Assembly: GCA_040954595.2 (NCBI GenBank)
Contig: CM082576.2
Coordinates: 11,101,129 to 11,165,128 of the forward strand
Direction of reading: 5' to 3'
DNA: 64,000 nt
Source of the DNA: Balanoglossus misakiensis
Lineage: Eukaryota > Animalia > Hemichordata
Shown: positions 24,800 through 37,187 of the stretch, piece by piece
Numbering within the stretch: position 1 is the stretch's first letter
How the letters are laid out: each line of letters begins with the position of its first letter
Program-made: the position numbers and the translations under genes
The notes under the pieces: model-generated
What the model saw: only the letters and a program-made list of their open reading frames with translations
Database searches by the model: none
Told to the model about the DNA's origin: nothing

Positions 24800-27700
24800 G
24801 TAGTTGATACTCTGAGGCAGTTGACGAAAATGCTACCACTGATAGCTCTGCTAATTGGCTTGTCAGTTTCCACATGCCCTTGGCAAGTTAATGGACGCAG
24901 AATATTTCAAATACCACATATTTTATGATTGTACCTTGTATTTCACGCTGGTTAAAGTATGCAATTAAAATTGATGAAGAAGTACATGTAGAAAGAGAAT
25001 TTAGCACAAAAAGGATACGATAATGTTAGGGTTAAGAAATTTGTTTACGTCAAAAGCTGCTGTAAAACTAAGAAATTGTACATACTGTGATACAAAGTAT
25101 AATTGGTTGTGAAGGAGGAAAGTTTGACTCGTGACAATTTTCATGAATCTGACGGTTTTTCAATAAACTTTGAAGATGACAACACCACATAATGCGCTTG
25201 TGCAATTAGAGTGCAGAGAAGTGTCAGGGTTACGTCCCCAGAGAATGTTTACAGCCAGGCATTCCATTTTCAAGTACACTGAAATTTGAAGGGAAAGTTT
25301 GTTGTCCGTTAGAAAGCATTAGGAGAGGGGGGAGGTTCATGAGAACACTTTTGGTATTGTATTGATTGACACCAGCTCGGAATGACAGACATTCCACCGG
25401 GGGCCCAGGGATCAACTCTCACCATGGTGAAAACTATAAATTACATTTCAAATTGGTACATTAACCTCACGCACACCATCCATTCCTAGGCCTATCACGT
25501 TTCGCTAGACCTACCTTACCAGGCAGGTCGGTTTTTTATGTTTTTCAGCCAACAACTTCACTTGAATGACGATGCCATCTTTTGAAGTTGTAATCTGTTG
25601 TTTATTATTTCATCTGAAGGTAGAATGCGGCTCGAAAATCCAAGTCTTAAACGTTCTCTCATACATGTATTTTGCTAAAGGCAACTTTTATCGGTTAATC
25701 TCTCTTAAAATTGAGAATAAAAATCGGAGATCACCATGCAGAATTTGAATGACAGAGCAAGACTATTGTCAAATTGTCTCAAATTCAAAATTCAAAATGG
25801 CTGCCAATCTCTGTGTTAAGTCAGACAATTTAAAGTAGTGATTTTTATGAAAACAAGATGGCGAACACCCATTTTTCTTCTGTTGTTTTCAAAAAGACTC
25901 ACCACATGCTTTTAAATATTGATAAATCAGATTTTACTGATAGACTGGTATTTAAAAGTCAAAACAACCACAAAATGTTCTGCCATCAACAGACGATAGG
26001 ACCATGTGCACACATGAGCAAACTACAAAAGATTAGGAACTCATATGATCTTTGACTCCAGCCCCTGTCTGATGTGAAGTGTGTATGTGTTGGAATGAAA
26101 AGTACTCATGAACTCTCCTTCAGTTCAATGAATCGTCACACACTGTCTTAGATTTGTAGTTAATAAGTAGGGTAGCGACACCCGCTTTCCATATAAATTA
26201 CTCCCAGACGAGACCAAGACAGGTAATGAGTGATGTGCTCTTTCAAATATGTCAGTTCTAATTTTATTCATATATCTCATGTTTCTGTTGATTTCTCCCC
26301 AGGGTGCCGACAAGTCAGGCAAACCAATTTTCACCGTCTATTTTAAAGTGCAATTTTATGCTGAGCATGTCAACTTAATTACGTAAGTATCTTCGGTAGA
26401 CGGGGGCGCGCTGCTGGGGGGCGAGGAAATTAGCCGCATTGTAGCTATTTTGCTGGAATGCCCCGTCCCAGACAAGACGTGTTTCAGCCAGAGTCCAGTT
26501 GGCTGTGAGAATATTTGGTATTGTACATGCAATAATTTCTGCAATGTTACATCGGTAGATTTTTAGCTCAGTCACGTGCCTTTGAATTAAATTTTTATGG
26601 GAAGAATTTATCCTTTTTTAATTAAATCTCGGACTCAAGACATCAAGGTGACTGAATTTACCTATACTGATGCTAGATATATGAATGTTTTTTTGCAATG
26701 TTGTGGGACATGGTACTGTTGTAAGGCATGTGTGTTCAATAGCGAGATTGTTGAAGACAGATCGTGTCACTCTGACCCAGACATGGCAGGTAGTATTGTG
26801 TCCAAGAGTTTATGTAATTCAAACCTGTGGTCGGCACACATCTTTCTTTGGGAAATCACTCCTCATTCTGATCATTGTCTTAAAGTTGTGACATGATCGA
26901 TATGGCATGTTGAGACTGTCGTGACCCGACCGTTGCGGCATGTGCTCGAGGAGGCCACTTTTGTATGGCTGTGTTGAAGTGATACATGTCTCCAGAAAGT
27001 TCTCCTGAGAGGGGAGACTTGGATATTCAGAATACACTGATGACAGGGGAGAAAGAGAGGGAGAGACAGACAGATGGACAGAGAGACACACACAGACAGA
27101 GACAATCAGATGGAAAAAGACAGACAGACTGACATACAGACAGAGAGGCTATTTAACAGAGACAATATGCTGAAAGACCGACAGAAACAGACACACAATC
27201 TTAGACAGACAGTCAAACTGAAGACAGACATACAGAGACCGACACACAGAGAGGGAGTGAGAGAGACAGACAGACACACACTCACACAGAGAAAGGAAAC
27301 AACCAGTAAAGGTGACAGTTTCTTGGCTGATAGCTATTTTGTTACAGTGCCAGAAAAGGTCAGGAGGCTTGACCTGTGCCGACCTTTCCCTGCATAGACT
27401 GCCGGTTTGTTTTTCTCCGTGGCATGCTATCGCCACAAACATACCAAACATCTGCTGAATTTATTTCTCATAATTTGAATGATAAGGTTTCAGATTAGAC
27501 AGGATTCGATTTCAGCGGCATGGTCCAAGATGTTTTAGTTTGGCGTGGCTCTTGCCGTTTGCTAGAATGTACTGGAGAATGGCCAGACTTCAGTGTTGAT
27601 GCATGGCAGATGACTTTTTTCCTGCGAGCTAAATGCTTTTATTACCAAGGTTGAACTTCAATGATAGGATTTAAACATTGTCCTGTTTCAGCTTCCTGCA

Positions 27701-30700
27701 GTGAAATTATTAATCGGGCTATGTATTTGACATAACCTGTTTCTGAAGAAAACTTTAGAATGATGTCATAGGTCACCAAGGGGTCAGGGTGCAGAGGGTT
27801 ATAGTGATTGGTTAATAGTTTTATGTCATAATTGTCTTGTTTGTGCACAATTAACCACAGAAACTTTTTGACAGTCTCCTGTCATCACCACATTTAGACT
27901 CGTCTAAGTTGCTCAGTGTTTGGCTGCTGAGAATAACTTTTCATGGCTAGCTGAAAATTTACTGTTTGCGAAAATTTACAGTATTTTATCCCGCCTGTGT
28001 TTCCATTTCAGAGATGATGCAGCGCGGTATCACTACTACCTCCAACTACGACACAATGTGCTTGAAACTCCCCTGCCATGTAGCGAAGAGAATTATTTCC
28101 TTCTCTCTGCCTATGCACTGCAAGCAGACACCGGCAACTATCTAAGTGCCATTCATAAAAAGAATTATTTTGAACCCGAAAAATATTTTCCTAAATGGGT
28201 GAGTATACGGCGTCTATGAGACATTTAGAATATTCAAAATGGCTGCATGTGTGTTAGATATACGTTAGGGTTTGGCCTGACCTGTAGATAAAAGCTGTAC
28301 ATTTACTTTAAAAAAAAGATAAAAACGTCATTAGTTATGTCAAAAGGAATTTTTTGCCCTAAAAACCAAACATACCGGGTATTCTACATGGTGGTATTTG
28401 AAGATTTGTCTTTTTCGTTCAGGTGCTAGAAAGGCGAGGGGAAGACTACATAATCGGCAATATCCCCGGTATGCATAGAGACCAAAGAGGAATGAGCAAA
28501 ACAGAAGCCCACATTGAATTCATCAAGCAGGCTTCAAGCTGTTTAGAACATGTCATGCATTTCTACAGTGTGAAAAAGGTGAGGAGTTGTGGCCATCAAC
28601 CGCATGCATGTGTGTATGCATGCGGATCTCTGACAATACATGTAGCTTTTTAATTGAGTTGGTAACTTTCCCTGTCCTGTGATTGGCTAGTGTGTGCCCA
28701 GACAGGAATTTTGTCTGGTTAAAGTATTTGAGTTGAAAAGGATGGCTTCAAGTTTGTTTGTCCGAATTCCGCATGTCCTTGAAGGGTACTGTGTGTGTTT
28801 CCACTCAATTGAGTTTACCTGTTTTTGTTCTTTTGGCATTTACTGTTTTAATTTGGACTGTGCATTGATTCAAATGATTTAGATGAACAGAACTGGCATG
28901 AATAAAACAAAATTCTCTCAATGGGATTGTGTTAAAATGCATATTACCATTTCGCCAAAGAGATGAGGAGATGAATGAAACTGTTTTAGGATGGGCATAT
29001 AGAGACCACCACAGCAACTTTCAGTTTCACTCTTTCTCCCTGTCAGCACCCATATCCCATTGAAAACATTGGGGTTGTTCCGAACCTCCACTTGCAAGAA
29101 GTTTATGAGGGCTTTAATATACATGGCTGTGGGAGGCAAAGAATCTTATAGTTTCAGAAAAAATGATTGAACAAGGCACTGACAGTAATTTCCAAATGGT
29201 GATTTATCAGTGAAACTGAAACATTTCAGATCATGATAGGTGATGACAAGTTAGCGCTGACTGTGGTCCAGTCCCTCAAGTGCAAATGAGCAGTTGTGTA
29301 ATTATGCTACAAAAAGGGCCTCGGAATTTTTTCGTTAGATACTAAAGAAAGGCCGACAGCATTCTCTCATGCCGGTGATAGTTGTTGTTTTTCTTCTCCT
29401 CCGAAAGGAGCCGCAATTCAAGGTTACTGTACCATTGCAAATGTGCAAATGTAACGCATTCCACATTCCAACTCCAGTGGAAAAAATATTAGGGGGATTC
29501 AGAGCGAGCGAGGGCATTGTTATTGACAAGGTTGCATCCTTGGGGGGGGGGGGAGGGGGGGGGGGGAGATCACATTTCAACCTGGTCTGGCATTCCTTCT
29601 ACCTCACAGGTTGATTGAGACACGCGCGGCTCTTTCATGAAAGACAGGGACGCCGCGAAAAAACACACACAACTGTCACATCCCAAAAACACCCGCCCGC
29701 CCGCCCGCACACACTGCACCACACACATGGCTTAGATTACGCATTGAATACATTATCCGCCTCTCGGTGGGACGAAAATAGAAGCTGATCAACCCCCGTG
29801 CCAATCGGAATTATTTCTGGTTTTCATTTGCAGAATAAGTCTGATAGTATCCCTTACATACTCATTGGCATCTGTACAAAAGGGCTGCAGATATACTATG
29901 AGGTAGGCATGCGTGAACAAGCTTTGGTGGCTGTTCTTTTTTCTTCTTCTTCTAATTTGGAATCTGAAGACTCTGTGTCCAGTCTCATCTCGTACATTCC
30001 AGTGGGTTCAAAGGCAAGACTTTCCGCTGAGATGATCTGTATGGAGATATTGCATCATGAGTTGCTGTATTCACATTTTGCCGATAAAGTTATTTTTTAT
30101 GATCATTTAGTGTTTCTGAAATAAAAAGTGAAATGACATTAATCAAAAATAATTATTTTGCAAGTGTGGAATGAATACCAATGACGTACATTTGAATAAA
30201 ATTCTCTTTTCAAATTATTGTTGATACTTTTTCTAGAAGTTGCTTAGTGGCTTTTTCTGTGAATTAAATGTCTGTGTTCTCTATTTCACAGGACGTAGGT
30301 GGTACCAAGTATTTGAAGTATGACTACCCGTGGAATTCGATAAGAAAATTACACTTTGAGGTAGGGAGACGCTGCAGCACCATGGCGATATCATCACTCG
30401 TTAACACTATCATTGTGTGCAGCTAATTGAGAACCCAACCACAGGGTAAACGTAATGGACACTCAGAGCTAGACTGGGGGTTCCTGTGTGAAGAGAGCCT
30501 TTGACCTTGGCTTGCTTAATATCATTACTCCTGACACCATTCTTCTTACATTGGTGGAAATACCTTCTTGAAAGTGGATCCTTGAACACAGAGAGTCTTA
30601 AATGCTCTTCAATTCAAGCGTCTGTTTTGCAGCTGGAACATTCAACTTTAATGGCTGCTGGCTGCTTTTTACCAGCTATTGTTTCATATCTCTCTTTGAT

Positions 30701-33700
30701 GTGCTCAGTAAAAAATGATCACCACTATCCCACAGAGGGGCTCAGTATTGTAACGTTTCTGAAGTGATTGAGTTATCAGTGTGCCAGATGTTTTGCACTT
30801 GTATGCATAAAGTCACGTTTGGTGTTGTTCTTTTTTTTTCTGTCCCAACAGAAAAAGAAGTTTGAAATCCAAGCGGAAGGAGTCCCTGAATCAAGAAAAT
30901 TGGTCTATCACTGTGCCTCTGACTCAAGGTAAAGAAAATCTGCAATTTCCATATACACCCTGCATATGTACCAACCAGTAGATACTTTGAACTTCCAAAC
31001 GCGTGACCTCTGTGAAAAAAATCAAATTAAGGAAAGCAGCAAGTGTTCCCAGTACTCGGGGAATCACCAGTAATTTCTGGAATTCTTAAGTACAACAAAA
31101 ACAGTTTGACTGTTTATTTTGTCTCTGTTTCCAGCGAGTTGTTCTAATTTTCTGGATTCCCCGGGATAAGATGTGAGAAGGACAGGCACTCTGGGAGTGG
31201 AATGTACTGTTCAGTATTAATAAAACACTTGACTTCCTGAGTACTCTTGGCTAAAAGGACAGGTCCAATCCCGAGAGACCTTTAGTACTCCATTCCACTA
31301 TTAGTCTATGGTGACACAGAAAGGATTTGGCCGTGCTGAGTTTAAAGCTATAGTAGCATTGAGATTTCCAAAAACAAAACTTCAATGGTGCAAGCTTTCT
31401 AATCACTGAAAAGAAACATATTTGAATGCATTTTCCATGCTAAATTTCATTGTTTACGATTGACTCCATGTGCCAGGGCGAAAAGTATACTCCAGCTTTG
31501 CAAAGTAACCCATGTCTTCCAACTCCACACACAAGTCATTGTGGACAAACTCAAGAAAATCGACCTGGCCAACGAGAAGAAAAAGTACCGGGAGTCGTAT
31601 GTCAGCGGCGACTTGGAATGGGAGCTGGAGCAGATGCTGGCTGCTGGCGGCGCCGGTGGTGGCACCAACCCGGAGAGAGAACTGCAGAGGAATTCTGTGA
31701 TCAGCACCGGAAGTTCGAACACCACGTCAGGAATTGTCAGCGATGACAAGCTTGAACCTGTCTTCGATAAAAGTTTGACAGAAGGTGAGCACCACCGCAT
31801 ATTGTGTAGTTCTAGCTATTTGTGTAATCTTTGTTTTGATGTGTGATCTGCACTTGTGTCATAAATAATCATTTTTGTCTGTTTCGCCCACAGAGGATGA
31901 GGAAATCGAGTACATGATCACTGGTCCACCCTTCATCGACCTGTGCAGTGTCAATTTTGAATTTACAGGACCTGTTGATCAGGACTATGTGCCCAGAGGA
32001 AGCCTCAGTTTCACCGATTCTGAATCGGGACTGGCAAGTAAGAGCAGATTTTAAATTGTGTCTTATTTCAGTGTCTTTTTTTGTTCAAAGGAGTGATACA
32101 TGTACATAACCGTGGTCATTTCTGCACAACAGTGGCTATTTTAGCATGGTACAAGAAGTAAAGTGAGAATATGTAGTTTAAACACAGAACACAAATGCTG
32201 AAAAAAGACAAAAATTACAGTCAGTGAAACTTACTGGATTTAAGAAACGATCCAGGTGTAAAATACAAAGATATTGTGAGCAAACGTTTATGAAACTGAA
32301 ATTTGTGAAATCTCTTGAAAAATGCAAACTGCACAAAAATGTGATAAATATGTCTGTTTACACATTTTCTAGTGAATCCACTTGACCACGGTGAGTACGC
32401 AGAGAGGTACGCACTAACTCAGCCGGTGGAAACGTCCATACTTCTCGAAGAAACGCCGGTCAAAGTGAAACAGAGCATGGAACAGAAGAACAGACACTCG
32501 CAGGGATATTTCAGTATTACTGGACAAAGTGAACACACAGATTCCGAGTGGAGTCTGGAAGAAGATGTAAGTAAAACCTATTGGCACAATCATCGCAGTT
32601 ACGACGATCCTCACACTGCTTCCAAAGTACACTTTGGTCGCGTGACCTACTGTCTTGTATCATTTTTATGGATTAACTTCCTGAAAAGGAAACAATATAG
32701 AATTCAAATGGAATTGAGACAATGTCTCAACAAGTAAGCATTTTACAACATGTGGAAATAACAGTTTAAAGAAAAAGATGATGACAAAAATGTTTTTTTA
32801 TTTCAGGTAATCTTCTTTTAGTTTAGATTAACACACTGATATTTAATATTTGGTGAAATTGTATACACATGAACCAAAGGGAATAAATTTTTTAACTGTT
32901 TTAAAATCCCGTCCATGCATTTTTCAGATTGAAATTATGATTGATCATCGCACCAGTCTGGAATCCAAACGCATGGACAATACCCTCACAGCAACTGTGA
33001 TTGCAACACCAGTCATACAGACCACACCAACATATGCGGAGCCGCAGTATGAAACGCAGCCTGCGGGCGTCTCGACAGGGGCGGACCTGTCGCCCAGACA
33101 GACACAGGAACAGAGTGTGCACGAGGAGCTGACAAAACTGAGGCGATCGATAGACGCTGAGACCGACGTGCCTCTGTTGAGCGCGCTGTGCAACGACAAG
33201 TCGCTGCTGGCGCTGGCACAGAAGCAGCAGGAGGGCATCCAGCCGGAGATGCCGCCGCCGCTCAGCCGGCAGGAGACCACGGAGAGCCACGCCAGCAGCA
33301 CCAGCTCCACGCTGAAGGAGCGGACGTCCCGGAACACCTCCCTCAACACCCTGATCGTGGACAGCAACAGCTCGGTGGAGTCGGACAACAACAACTCCAA
33401 GGCGGCGGCCGCCGGCGTCAACGGCCTCCAGCGTTACTGCAACGGCCTGCAGGGCGGACTCAACAAGCACCAGACCCTGCCCACCCTCTCCGGCGCGGGC
33501 CGGCTGGAGTACGACGGCAAGCTGCACGTGGACACGGCGCTGGCCAACTCGGCCGACGGCAGAATCAAGTGCCAGACACTGCCGGCCAAAATGAGTGCTG
33601 GGGGACACGTCATACCCGTTGGCCACCAAGAGGACATTTTTAGAGAAGACAAAACGTCTTTCTCAGCGCCAAATTTATCCCCTCAGCCGTTGGTCGTCAG

Positions 33701-33713
33701 TCCGGGGTGCTAG
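11015..33713 (+). CDS. FRMD6: FERM domain-containing protein 6 (Willin)/expanded orthologue, ~819 aa, 14 exons
   Basis: Exons 11015-11068, 19127-19291, 24110-24200, 24635-24714, 26303-26382, 28012-28198, 28423-28578, 29834-29902, 30292-30360, 30852-30928, 31477-31784, 31894-32037, 32373-32566, 32928-33713 join in frame with GT-AG. The motifs FFGLA, KLSKYAPKAWK, FKVQFY, AARYHYYLQLR, EENYFLLSAYALQAD, YFEPEKYFPKWV, RGEDYI..IPGMH, KKYRESY and SSNTTSGI match FRMD6/FRMD1/Expanded. The first exon is the least certain. Confidence 0.92.
24748..24797 (+). repeat. (CA)n microsatellite, FRMD6 intron 4
   Basis: Long CA run. Confidence 0.95.
25540..26050. mobile_element. Possible degenerate interspersed repeat/non-autonomous transposon fragment
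   Basis: Contains 'caaaattcaaaatggctgcc' and 'aagatggcg' motifs typical of invertebrate non-autonomous DNA elements. No TIR or TSD was defined. Confidence 0.3.
27050..27295 (+). repeat. Compound GA/GACA low-complexity microsatellite, FRMD6 intron 5
   Basis: Degenerate agac/agag/acac runs. Confidence 0.85.
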
Positions 33714-36700
33714 CCGAATTACTTCAGACAACTCTTCCTGATGCTTAGTCCTCCTACTTTTATTTGCTGTTTTTTTTTGTAATGAATTATATTTTCAAAT
33801 GAGTCTCAATCATCTCATATCTATTCCATATTCTTATGTATTACTCTTTTTTCTTGTGTCTTCAAACTTGTATATCACGTTCTGAAATCATGTACTTCAC
33901 ATCTACTCCTCAATACTCATATATTAATCTGTGTGATAATTACTTTGTGTCTTTAACAACCATCCCATTGGCCACTAACTCGCTCTGTTCACAAAACTCG
34001 CTTACTCTGTGGCTGTGTTAACTATGTGTGACATAGTACGATGTGCTGTTTCTCTGTTTACAAACAGCGTGAAAACTCATTTTTGTTATGTGTGAAGCAG
34101 CAGCTAACCAACTGCAATTCCTCTTAAAAATCATGAAATTTAAATTTTGAACCATGGATGGTTCGGCTTGAGTTAAAAACAGAGGAATTCTTTCCCAATG
34201 CTTTCATAAGACACCATGTAGTGTTTCTGATAGGAATGGTTCAGAAATCAATTTTATGACAAGAGTTTTTTAAAGCTGTGTGTGTCGATATTAGGATCTC
34301 AATGTGAGATTATTCATCTGAAAGATTTTTAATGGGCTTGCCACCAAATCTTGTTTTTTTTACAAATATTTTTATACCAATCACGATGCAGAAGATTTTA
34401 TTGCTGCCCAAAGTGCAATTGTTTTTCACCCTAATATTTTGGTGTGTTTAAAGCAACCACTCTTTATGATGGGGATTCCATTTTGGTTCAAGTGGAGGGG
34501 TGAAAGGGCTGGAAACTCAATCCTGGGGTGTGTAAAGGGTCTGCATCACAGAAAATGTGATGTTTTTTTTATCAATTTCAATATATAAAGTACAGTAGGG
34601 TTTGTTGATAAAATCCTTTTATTTCTGTGTTTGTGCAAAAGGTTATTGTACTGTTTACCCCAGGATATTGCTGAATGTTAAATGTGTTTTGTTGTAAGTG
34701 TAGCGTACCAGACTGGCATGGTTCTTTACTGCACTGTGAGATCCTATCAGTGCAATTGTTTTGAAATATCTATGAAGTTGGCGGACTGTGTATCAAGTGA
34801 AAGGGGATGGGTTGATTACTTCATACAGGGCTACTTGCCCAACAAACTACAATCATCTTACCCTGCATTCCCTTGCATCTTTGGTTTAATCCTCATTTTG
34901 AGTTTGGTAAAAGATTGATCCATGTGTATGAGACACAGGGGATAGAAACAGTATCTGGTGTGGGGATTTTGCGAACAATTTTCGTAAGTTGCAAATCAAA
35001 TGTGGGGGCCAGCAAAGCAATCTTGGAAGAGCTTCCCAGGTGGACACAGACAAACTTATAGCTTCTTTCTAAAAAGTTAGTGCAATGAACCATGCCAGGA
35101 GTTTTTGAAAAAAAAATCTTGACAACTTGGCAACAAGGCTGACACAGATGGGTAATGGTTGTGGGAGAATAAATGTTCTGGTTTGGGGACGTAGAAGGTA
35201 GTGAAATAATCACGAACTGTAAATTGAAGGTCAGATATTTTCCTAAATTGCACCAAAACGAAAGAATATTTTTCATGTCAGACTCTGAGCTGAAATTTGG
35301 AAGCTCAGTGGGATTATTTTTGTATTAACTACTTTTCGTAATATGAAGAGTTGAAGTTGACAGTGTGCAACACGTTGAATGACTTCAGTTTAAGACTGTG
35401 TGCTGTTGAAAAGGAGATGGAGTTGTGTATGGTTTTTATGAAGATACGGACGTACTGCAGAGACACTAAAAGGGGGGCTTGCAGTGTGCAGACATGACTT
35501 GGCGTATGCTTATGGCAAAGTTCGTACGACCTCATCCAAGTTTGATCTGCGAGTGACATAAGATTTTTATGTGTTAATATAATTTATGTAACTCGGTCTT
35601 CATATCGTGTGATAATATTCACATGTGATGCTGCTCCAATCAACCACTTGTTGCTTGATTAGGATGTGAATTCTAGGTTTTCTGGAACATGTTAGTCAAA
35701 ACTATATCAAAGCGACAAAACTGAATAGTAACCTTGTATTTGAAGAAATACTGTAACTCTAAAAGCAATCCATAATGGATGCTGTAATGTCAGATATTAT
35801 GAAAGTTTTTGTCTTTTTACTGAAGTGACTTCTTCATTAATTTTGTAAAAACATCACAACTGAGATAACTATAATATACGTACGTATATACCTCCAGTTA
35901 GTTTTTTTTCCAGAGGAAAGTTTGAAATGACGTAATTGCCCAACTATGCAATTTTTTTACCATAAAGGTGAAGTTAGAAAGAACCTTTACAGAAAAAAAA
36001 ACTCATCTATGCAACAAGCTTTGATTAAGAATTTTTGTTTGTTTTGTACGTTGGATATGACTGCTTCAGCTGATAATCGTGACTTTGTATAGTTCATGTA
36101 TGTCGTCTCAAGAAATCAGTAAGCTGTGAAGACATTATAAATTCCTGCACACGGCTGACGCAAGAGTGTGTGAACTCACTTCATTGACAGTCCAGGGCAG
36201 TTTTAGAATCACATTGAAGCTGCCACATGCTTGGCCAACATTGTTACTTATTAAACACACACACATTAAACCAGATTGTTAACATAGACCAACGACATAG
36301 CATTTCGGGGAGGACAGAAATACAGACTTTTAATAGAAAAATAAACAATCAGCTCTTTCCATATCAGTATTTTCTGTTTTATACCTGGGGATGTTGAATT
36401 TTTTTGCATATTTATATAGTGAAAGCAGAACTGTTTTAATCATGTTCACATACTAATATATATTTATATAAACTCATTTTTTTCATTATTTTGTACAGAT
36501 ATATATTTTATAACCCATGTTATAAATACAAACATTGTAAAGTTTGCATTCTGTATACAGCTGACTTGGCTAACTTAGTTGTCTCAGAAAATTTGTGCAT
36601 AGATGATATACTGTAATTGTGCTTTGTAAATGTAACATTGATACAATCATGACTCTAGAGTATTCATAACAATGAAATAAAATTGTACAATGTGTACTTG
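33714..36700 (+). other. Probable ~3-kb AT-rich 3' UTR of FRMD6, with AATAAA at 36676-36681
   Basis: There is no coding signal after the stop. The sequence is U/AU-rich, and AATAAA is followed by a GT-rich tract (36715-36750). Confidence 0.55.
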
Positions 36701-37059
36701 ATAGCCAGTACAATATGTGTCTGTCATCTTCTGTTGTTGTTTTTTTGTTTACTTGTAAATCCATACCAACACCTTACAGTACAATTAAGACAATTGCTAT
36801 ACACCAAAGCCAATTTGAAAGTATAATTGATAAGTTCTCTGACCAGTTTTATGGATTCTTGAACTATAATTGTCCACATCGAAGAAAAGAAATATTTTAT
36901 TGCAACATATTCAGTATATATAATAATTATGCGTTTAGTTTGAGAACGTAAAACTTGGTTATGAGTTCATTAAAATATACACTTTCATTTAAAAATCATA
37001 AACAAGCAAGTTATTACAAGCAGTGGGCGTGTCCATGGCATGTGTCCGTTTCGTGGCAT

Positions 37060-37187
37060 GTGAGCGCCCTCGCGCGACAAAGTTCCCTTGAAAGAGGCAC
37101 TTCCGGGGGCGGGGTGCAGCACCCCAAGGCAGGAAAAGTTTTTGTGGGTGAGGGCTCTAGTTTTAGTAAGTCACTCTTTTTATTTAC
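37060..37187 (+). promoter_or_regulatory. PREPL-like gene promoter with ETS site and GC box
   Basis: CACTTCCGG (ETS/GABP) overlaps GGGGCGGGG (Sp/KLF) at ~37098-37114, within a CpG-rich patch upstream of ATG 37188. Confidence 0.55.

Noticed and set aside
32901-33652. 242-aa and other overlapping ORFs on the FRMD6 last exon
   Set aside because: These are expected from high GC3 (few antisense stops), and there is no independent gene signal.
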